Assembly: GCA_951406725.2 (NCBI GenBank)
Contig: OX597826.1
Coordinates: forward strand, 30,628,001 to 30,692,000
DNA length: 64,000 nt
Source of the DNA: Octopus vulgaris
Taxonomy: Eukaryota
Direction of reading: 5' to 3'
Shown piece after piece: positions 55,597-64,000 of the stretch. A program made the translations under genes and the position numbers. Below the pieces are notes generated by a model. The model did no database searches. It saw only the letters and a list, made by a program, of their open reading frames with translations, and was not told the DNA's origin. Each line of letters begins with the position of its first letter. Positions within the stretch are counted from its first letter, which is position 1.

Positions 55597-55952
55597 AGGA
55601 CACACATACACACACAAAAATATGAAAGGCAAAGCTGGCACTGGTGGGATTTGAACTCAGAGCACAGAGAAGCAGAACAAATAATACCCTAAGGCACTTT
55701 AAAATCAAATGCTCTCATAGTGCTTAGTCAAGAAGTTGTCTATAGTGAGTTGAGAGCATGCAAACTCTCATACATAACATGGTGATAGCTCCATCTTCTT
55801 GACTAAACACTAGGAGGGCATTAGATTTTAAAGTGCTTTAGGGTATTATTTGTTCTACATCTCTGTGCTCCGAGTTCAAATCCCACTAGTCACAATTTAT
55901 GTCAGCTTTGCCTTTCATATTTAAAATTTTGTGTGTGTATGTGTGTGCTTCC
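55597..55952. repeat. inverted duplication (~150-bp arms) of an old SINE-containing segment
   Basis: Arms 55597-55743 and 55786-55952 are imperfect reverse complements. Confidence 0.75.
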
Positions 55953-56424
55953 TTGATGCTAACCCACCTGAAACTGCCTCTGGCTTTGTTGTACAAATGT
56001 CTTGTTTGCATAAGTTTTGAATTAAAATCTTCCATCAAACCTTAGTCACAATTTATGTTCTTAACACTAGCTTAATGATAACCAAGTTATTTTATTAAAT
56101 TCTTTGTTATATTTAAAATTAATTGAAAGAAAGACAAAGCATCTCAACACAAATACAGTAACAAAAGGATTAGAATATATAATAGAGAAACAATTCTTAA
56201 CCCTTTTGATACCAACCCACCTGAAACTGCCTCTGGCTTTGTTGTACAAATGTCTTGTTTTCATAAGTTTTGAATTAAAATCTTCCACCAAACCTTAGTA
56301 ACAATTTATGTTCATAACACTAGCTTAATGATAACTAAGTTATTTTACTAAATTCTTTGTTATATTTAAAATAATTAAAAGAAACCCAGAGCATCTCAAA
56401 ATAAATACGGTAGCAATATGGTTA
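55953..56424 (+). mobile_element. two tandem piggyBac-type MITE copies
   Basis: ~220-bp unit at 55953-56173 and 56197-56424; TTAA-CCCTTT start and decayed AAAGGG-TTAA-like ends. Confidence 0.7.
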
Positions 56425-56464
56425 TTCCTGTTTCAGATCAGCATAATCTGAAGCAATGGTGACT

Positions 56465-56923
56465 GACAAACGCTCACGAGAGCCCATGAAATAAATGGCA
56501 CAAACTGTCTATCTATATGCGTAGACGCCAGACTGGGTGAAAGCAGAAGAGAATGTCCGTTGAGATAGTTCGAGGTCAGAATCCGGTTAGCAGAAGGGGG
56601 GTACAGGAAAATCAAAGAGTGTGGATGTATTCTGTATGACTGGTGTTTATATTTGAATTATTTTAAGAATGAGTGCTAGAGTGTTTGAGTGTGAGAAATT
56701 TAGCACTCTAGCACTCATTCTTAAAATAATTCAAATATAAACACCAGTCATACAGAATACATCCACACTCTTTGATTTTCCTGTACCCCCCTTCTGCTAA
56801 CCGGATTCTGACCTCGAACTATCTCAACGGACATTCTCTTCTGCTTTCACCCAGTCTGGCGTCTACACATGTAGATAGACAGTTTGTGCCATTTATTTCA
56901 TGGGCTCCTCGTGAGCATTTGTC
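56465..56923. repeat. near-perfect 219-bp-arm palindrome
   Basis: Arms 56465-56683 and 56704-56923, 20-nt spacer, few mismatches. The ORF track shows mirrored translations. Confidence 0.95.
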
Positions 56924-56965
56924 GAAAAGCTTGCTGTGCATTTTGTTGGAGAATTAAGTTCCTGG

Positions 56966-57051
56966 ATTTTCCTGAAGAGAAGGCTGCAAAATGGACTCCT
57001 TATTCAATCCGAATTAGGGACTTTGCAGCCTTCGAAACATATGTAGAAAAT
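56966..57051 (+). ncRNA. intact type I hammerhead ribozyme
   Basis: Stem I ATTTTC/GAAAAT; CTGAAGA; 12-bp perfect stem II GAAGGCTGCAAA/TTTGCAGCCTTC with an extension; GAAA; palindromic stem III ACATATGT; cleavage triplet GTA ending at 57045. Confidence 0.9.
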
Positions 57052-57337
57052 AATAAAAAGGAATTTTGTTAAATCTTCGTTCAGCTCCATTTCTTCCTAC
57101 ACTTAATATATAAAACTTCAAATTTCCGCACTAAGGCACGGATTTTATGCCCCATGGTCGTAACTTCAACAGTGCTTTTTCTGTTGTGATTTTTGCTACC
57201 CAGGTATCGGTTATCATTTGAATTATCCGTAATAAGATAATTCATTTATCTACTTCAATATGTATATATATATCAAATCACCTGGGCATTAACACAGGAT
57301 CTCCTAACAACAATGTAAACTTCATATAACCAAGGTA

Positions 57338-57430
57338 CCCTTGGCCTGAAGAGTAGCTCATGGTCCACTCCTCGTCTGGATAATTACTACTTCTGAGGTT
57401 CTACTAGCTACGAAATATATGTAGTCTGGG
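57338..57430 (+). ncRNA. type I hammerhead ribozyme (partly decayed)
   Basis: cccttggc-CTGAAGA-GTAGCT...AGCTAC-GAAA-tatatg-TA-gtctggg. Confidence 0.7.
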
Positions 57431-57456
57431 TCTTATCTACTCCATTCCCTAATTTT

Positions 57457-57492
<36 letters not shown>

Positions 57493-58233
57493 TTATAACG
57501 GTCCTGTTTTCATACCAAATTCTACTTGGTGAAATTTATTGATTACTTCTTAATTAATTAATTTTACCCTTTGTTATTATATATATATATATTATTTAGT
57601 CATTGTGATACTAATAACCTGGTGTAGTACTCAATATGTGTTTGCTTCTGAACAAAGCATTAGTTGAGTACAGAGCAGTAATAAGAAAAGAGATGAAAAA
57701 GGAATATATCATTATCTTATGGACTTAGTTACTCACACACTCAACTATGGATCCACCACACCTTATAATTGAAACAGTTGTAAGTTTATGAAGTTCTTAA
57801 GATAATTAGAGAGAGAGAGAGAGAGTATCATTGTTAATAATTTGAATAGTGATATCTTTAAAAACAAAAGTGCTCTAAGTCACCTGGATATGCACTGTAG
57901 ATGCTGAAGTTATCGAATTTCTTTCTGCAAAAGAGATGTCTCCATAACCTTTAAGTTTCCAAGATAAATAAAATTATGTTCTGCCATAACTCGAAAATAA
58001 TTTCATTAAATACGAGTTACAAATATTGAAACAAAAATGAAAGATTTTACCAAATATTGTAGCGTGATGCAGTTCACTGAGACTTTATTGTATCAGTTCT
58101 TTTGTTAAATATTGTATTGTATGACTGTGTGATTAAGCTCGCTTTGTGTCCATATGGGTTTTGGATTCAATCCCATGTGTGTCTTCTATTATAGTCCCAA
58201 GCCTACAAATACCTTGGTAGCCTATTGAAGATA

Positions 58234-60180
58234 CAGGGTGTCCCTAGAATTAACTATTTTAGTGAAACCAGGCAATTTTTTCAAAAACACTTTTATTTAT
58301 GTTTATCATCTAATATAAAAAATGTGAATGTCAGTGTGTCACACTTTTTCAACTTTATTCCTTGACGCTGTAGCCCAACATATACCGTTTTGGAATCAGG
58401 TCAACTCTGTGAGTAAATTAAAAACATTCCAGGCCAAATCCAGACATGCAATCCTGAAATTTTTGATTCCCAAGTTTCCATTATTGCAATTGTTTTCAGC
58501 AATTTTTTTGTGACATATATTTTTGTACAATAACAATTTTTACTAGCTGGAGCCATGGAAACTTCATGGAAAACAAAAAATGTAAGCATCTGTAAATAAT
58601 AACTTCATTTACTAACTATCAAATAATTATGGGCATAACTATAGATGTGTACCCTACTTATTTTGTTGCCTCGTAAATTCCATAAACAATCGCTTAGATC
58701 CTGTTGTTTGAGTGTATGTTAAGATTAGTTGGAAAAATTTTTTCTGGGGAGCTAAGGAGAGTAGTTTCAGAAAATTCACATGACCTAACATTTTCCGCCT
58801 CATAACTTTCAGGAAAATTGGATTTTTAATGAAATTTTATACAAATACCTTTCAAATGACATAGAATAACTGTCACAATAGCTTTATTATATATCATCCA
58901 AAACAAAAAGTTTTCTCGCATTTTCCCTCTGAGAATAGCTTCATTCTCTTTCACTATCATTTTCTTCCCCCTCCCTCCTATATGTCTCCTTGCCTCTAAC
59001 CATTTCTCCTGCATTTAACGCAGTATATTCCTCTTACCTCTCAGTGATCTCTCTCACTCTCATTCTCTCATGTTTTCTTACTCTCTATTCTTTGCTGCCG
59101 TGCCTCTTACTTCAACTATACTTCTGCTTAACATGTTTCATTTTTCTCTTTTTACCACTTCCTTTCAACTAAGTGTGACACACACCACAGGTACATACGT
59201 ACATAACTACGTAGGTATTAGCATATTAATATAATGATTTTTATAACTTGGAAATAAATTTGGGAATAATCAAAATAAATTGCAAAATCCAGCGAGAGTC
59301 ACCCATGAAATAGCCAAGGCTGCAGTGAGGAAAAAAAGTCCCGTGCAAATGAAAACCCAGATCAAACAGTAGCCAGGAGAGCTTCCAATGCTGAGAATAT
59401 GCAAATGCTTAGGAACTCTGAAACTCCTGAAAAGGCTGCATCCATGATAGCATCGAATGCTCTTACCAAGAGAAGAGGAGAGCTTCCAGTGTAACCAACA
59501 TGAGAAAAATAAGGGATTCAGAATCAGTGGAGCAATCAGAAACCAGGAGAGCTTCTAATATTGTACAGGGGCTAGCTTAAAAGCTGTCCAATAGGGTGGC
59601 TTTTAAGCTTGTGTTTAATATGTTTAAAATTTTGCTTATAATTTTTATAATTTTTTATACAATTTTATTTTTATTCCTGTTGGAACCCCCTTATCTGTCC
59701 ACAACAGCTTTTTTTTTTTTCAATTTGGCTGCAATCATTTTCTCTACTTCCATCGCCAGGATGGAGCATTAGTTTAGGTGAACTTAAAGAACGCATTCAA
59801 TTAGCAGTGCAGGAGATAAATACTGACATGTTTCAAAATGTGTTTCACAATGCTGAAGATAGATTTGAAATTTGCAGGGACAGAGATGGAGCACATACTG
59901 AAAATTTTCAATCAAGTTTTCACGTAAGATATATAAATCTATTTGTTTTGATATCATAATTAAGTAATATAGGTGTGAGAGTAGCTGTGTGGTAAGTAGC
60001 TTGCTTACAAACCACATGGTTCCAGGTTCAGTTCCACTGCATGGCACTTTGGGCAAGTGTCGTTGCCCCCGTGCCGCTCTCGAACCGATCGTATGCCGGA
60101 CCCTATAGCCTCGGGGCCAACCAAAGCCTCATGAGTGGTTTTGGTAGGGCATCCACAGAAACTGAAAGAAGCCCGTCGTA

Positions 60181-60240
<60 letters not shown>

Positions 60241-60556
60241 TATATATATATGTGTGTGTGTGTGTGTTTGTGTGTCAGTGTTTGTCCCCACAACATTGCT
60301 TAACAACCGATGATGGAGTGTTTATGTCCCCGTAACTTAGCAGTTCAGCAAAAGAGACCAATAGAATAAGTACTAGGCTTACAAAGAATAAGTCCTGGGG
60401 TCGATTTGCTCAACTAAAGGTGGTACTCCAACATGCCCACAGTCAAATGACTGAAAGAAGTAAAAGAGTAAAAGTGTAATAAATATAAAAAATTCTGATA
60501 GTTTTTATAAAATTATCTCAATTTCACTGAAACATAGTTAATTCTGGGACACCCTG
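58234..60556. mobile_element. non-autonomous Tc1/mariner-type element with a nested SINE
   Basis: ~35-bp TIRs CAGGGTGTCCC(T)AGAATTAACTAT...AGTGAAA flanked by TA; no transposase ORF recognised. SINE-B at 59975-60475. Confidence 0.8.
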
Positions 60557-61113
60557 TATTTATAAGATCAGTTAGATATGACAATTTTCCCTATACTACA
60601 ATGCCTTTTAGCTGCAAAACTAAAAAATCTATATACCAAAATCTTTCCCTTTTCAAGACTCAAAGCAAAAATGTGACTCATTTTTCCTTGTTTTCTTTGT
60701 TATTTAGGTTTGTATGTTATATATCTCAAACTCACTTTTAGAATACATATACCAATATTTCACCTGAACTACAACACAAACACATATATTCAGCAAAAAC
60801 ATATCTTTATATTTTTATTTTTCATATATATACATGCATAGAATAAAAATATTCCCCACTTACATTAAGAAGGTAGACTTGTTTTAATTGCACAAAAATA
60901 TATATGCATATAAATTAGAAAATATTGATACACTTTCAACATTTTTTGACAGTATTTTTCATACACACACACCTGTTTTGGCTGAGATCATACAGAAATT
61001 ATATGAAAATGATAAATTTTTAGTCACCACTCATACCTCTGGATCTTATAAACACACACATAGACACACACATATATTATATATACACAGAAATACACAC
61101 ACATACACTCAAG

Positions 61114-61144
<31 letters not shown>

Positions 61145-61152
61145 ATATATAT

Positions 61153-62453
61153 ATATCAGGTCATGAAGAATGAAATATCCTATTTTGAACTGAAAGTTTA
61201 TTTTACTTATTTTACTTTATCTCAACATAAAGCAATGCAATTAATCAAAGTATGCACCTAAATTATCAACACGACTTTGCCATTTTACCAGTAGCTTATT
61301 TATGCCGGTAGCAAAGAATTCTAGAGAGTAAGAGGTGACGAAGTCGCGAAAGGCTGTTTTTGCATCTTCTTCAGATTTGAAGTTTTTTCTTGCCAAAAGT
61401 TGTCTTATGCCTGAAAAATGCGATAGTCAGTTGGTGTAAGGGCTGAGGAATAAGGTGGATGACAGAGTACTTCCAAGTTCAGTTCCAGTAACTTAAGTAG
61501 CATTCTTTGTGCAACATGTTGTTGAGTATTGTCTTGCAAGAGAATCGGTCTGTCTCTATTGACCAATCTCAGTTGTTTAATTGCAAGTTCATTCATCATT
61601 TCATCCAATTGGTTGATGTATACATCTGCTGTAATTGACTTACCAGGTCTCATGAAGCTGTAGTGGATGATACCAGCGCTGGACCACCAAGCAGACACCA
61701 TTAGCTTTCTTTGATGAATATTCTGTTTTGGATTGTGCTTTGATACTTTGTCTCTATCCAACCACCATGCAGAATGCTTGCTAGTGTTGAAAAGAATCCA
61801 TTTTTCATCACACATAACAATACAATGCAAAAATGGTTCACTTTTATGCCTGGACAGCAAAGAACAGCAAGTTTCAAGATGACATGTCATTTGATGCTCG
61901 TTCAGTTTGTGTGGTATCCACTTGTCCAGCTTCTTTACCATGCCGATTTGTTTCCGATGGTCCAATACAGTTGGAATCAAAACATCAAACCTTGCTGCTA
62001 ACTCATGCATAGTTTGAGATGTATCCGCTTCCACTACAGTTTCCGGTTCATCATTATCCACCTTGGTTTCAGGTCTACCACAGGGCTGATTTTCAAGAGT
62101 AAAGTCACCAGACCAGAACTTCTCAAACCATCAACATACATCTTCACCAAATGCCACATCTTCACCAAACACCTCATTGATGTTTGGAGCTGTCTGAGAT
62201 GCATTGGTTCCACTATGGAACTCATATTCATAAACAACACAAATTTTTTATCTATCCATGGGAACACAGAAATTCATTTACAAGAGAAAACCCACAATAT
62301 AATCAAACACCATGAACTGCATTTCAAAAAGTGATTATGTAAGTCTTCAATGTTTTAAAACAAAGAATTGTCAGGATAAAACATTAGAGTTAATGACTGT
62401 CAAGCTTGGTGCATAAGAAAATCGGACATTGCATTCTTAATGACTTCATACTA
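61153..62453 (-). mobile_element. full-length decayed mariner transposon (~1.3 kb)
   Basis: Imperfect ~30-bp TIRs (GTCATGAAGAATGAAATATCCTATTTT vs reverse complement GTCATTAAGAATGCAATGTCCGATTTT) around a transposase. Confidence 0.85.
61241..62259 (-). pseudogene. mariner (D,D34D-type) transposase pseudogene
   Basis: WIPHKL, CDEKW, LQDN and HPPYSSALTPTDY motifs; in-frame stops near the N-terminus and at 61405. Confidence 0.92.
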
Positions 62454-63372
62454 TACACACACACACACACACACAAGCTCCGTATAACACCTACCAAATT
62501 TCACTTACAAGGCATTGATCTACCAGAGGGCCATGAAGCGGAAGCAAACCCAAAGCCACACAGTTACATAACAAACATGTTAACCACACAGCCACGCCTG
62601 TATCAGAGCTGAATCCTTAAAGAGACAAGCCAATCGTGGGGAGGGTCACGTCATGATTATTTGATTTGCTAGAAACAGTAACTTGTAAATTTCACTCAAA
62701 CCCACATCCCTATGATCTTTCAACAAAAGTAAGGAATCAGGTTAACAGAAATCAGTTATTAATGAAAAGCTGCGATGGTCACATGTGGAAAGCCTTCAAT
62801 GTTAAGTTTAGTCAATCAGAGCTGACCTGGTTGGCTAAACAGCACAACGAAGAAACAGATGATTTATGATGCAGTGTCCACTTTGCTCCAATCTGGGTTG
62901 AAATTCTGCTTGGAGGTAACTTTACCTTTCATACATAAAAGTTTAATAAAATGAAATCAATGTCATGTACTCAGATCAATCACATTATAAACCCTTGCTT
63001 CGAACAGTTCTGGCTTTGTGCCAAGTGGAAAAAAAAAAGTAAAAGAAAAAATCTATATTTATTTAAATTGAATTTGGCTGATAATCTTCAGAAGTGTGTG
63101 AGATGAACTTCACTGGCCCTGTTAGGTCATCAGAGCACTGACCAGTTGGTCTTCGCATCATTCATACAATATAAGATTTCACACACATACATACACCACC
63201 ACAACCACCAACACTACCCCCACCACCACCACCACCACAACCACCACCACCATCATCATCATCATCATTAGTACAATTCTACAAGTTTTTATATTGCTTC
63301 TTTTAATGCAAACAATGTCACTTCTGCAGCATTATATTTTGTAAATCTATAAATATGAAAGTTCTCTTTATT

Positions 63373-63404
<32 letters not shown>

Positions 63405-63611
63405 ACACACACCCTTTCTGTTTTGCCTTTTTACTTGTTTCAGTCATTAGGCTATGGCCATGCTGGGGCACGGCCTTGAATGGCTTAGTCAAACAAATCG
63501 ACCCCAAGACTTCTGCTCACTTTCTTGCTGTACTGCTTAGTTACAGGGACATTAATAAACCAACACTGATTATGAAGTGGGGGAGATAAATACACATGCA
63601 CGCAAACACAG

Positions 63612-63648
<37 letters not shown>

Positions 63649-64000
63649 ATAAAAAAAAACAAAGGAAGAGCATAACGTAAGGACATGGTACATGCAAAGA
63701 TTTAGCAGATGCACAGGAAAGGAAAGAAAGTTAGTTTTACATTTTGAGCAAAGCTCTTCTTCAGGAAACAGGAGACAGAGGAAAGTTCAAGAGAAAAGGA
63801 AGACAGAGGGAAAAAATTGCCAACGATCCACATGTAGTTACATTTATATATATATGATGGGCTTTCAGAATCCATCTACCAAATCTGCTCAGAAACTTAA
63901 CCAAGGTGGAATCATGCAGTTGGGAAGCAGATTTCTTACCACGCAGCCATGCCAGCACCTATATGTGTGTGTATGTGTGTGTGGCTGTCTGGTAAGAAGC

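Noticed and set aside
56433-56957. duplicated small ORFs (also 3991/4581)
   Set aside because: By-products of the inverted and direct repeats, with non-ATG starts and no protein features.
57884-57948. possible upstream CCDC138 exon (YGDISFAERNSITSASTVHIQ)
   Set aside because: Weak acceptor, no convincing similarity, and the conserved intervening exons were not found between it and 36394.
63075-63180. box C/D snoRNA or hammerhead on the minus strand
   Set aside because: CTGATGA and CTGA are present, but there is no properly placed box C and no GAAA with stem II.

Overview
AT-rich, repeat-saturated animal genomic DNA, most likely an octopus (inferred from the tRNA-derived SINE families and microsatellite load; not database-checked). 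Most ORF-track calls are (TA)n/(CA)n artefacts. One host gene is recognisable: the last three coding exons of CCDC138 on the minus strand (36394-36270, 35082-34892, 34631-34457), spliced in frame, with a long upstream intron. The rest is SINEs, mariner, hAT and piggyBac-type DNA elements, LINE fragments and many Penelope-like element (PLE) remnants. The main observation is a dense set of hammerhead-ribozyme (HHR) motifs from several unrelated short non-coding elements. These have partial-tandem or inverted ends and usually sit next to (TA)n tracts. They include a clean type I HHR (56966-57051) behind a 219-bp-arm palindrome, a 590-nt retrozyme-like unit (3927-4830), and core variants (U3-A8, U4C, A6U). 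The most unusual is a candidate non-circularly permuted (pseudoknotted) hammerhead at 13550-13615. All structures were read by eye and need computational and biochemical confirmation.
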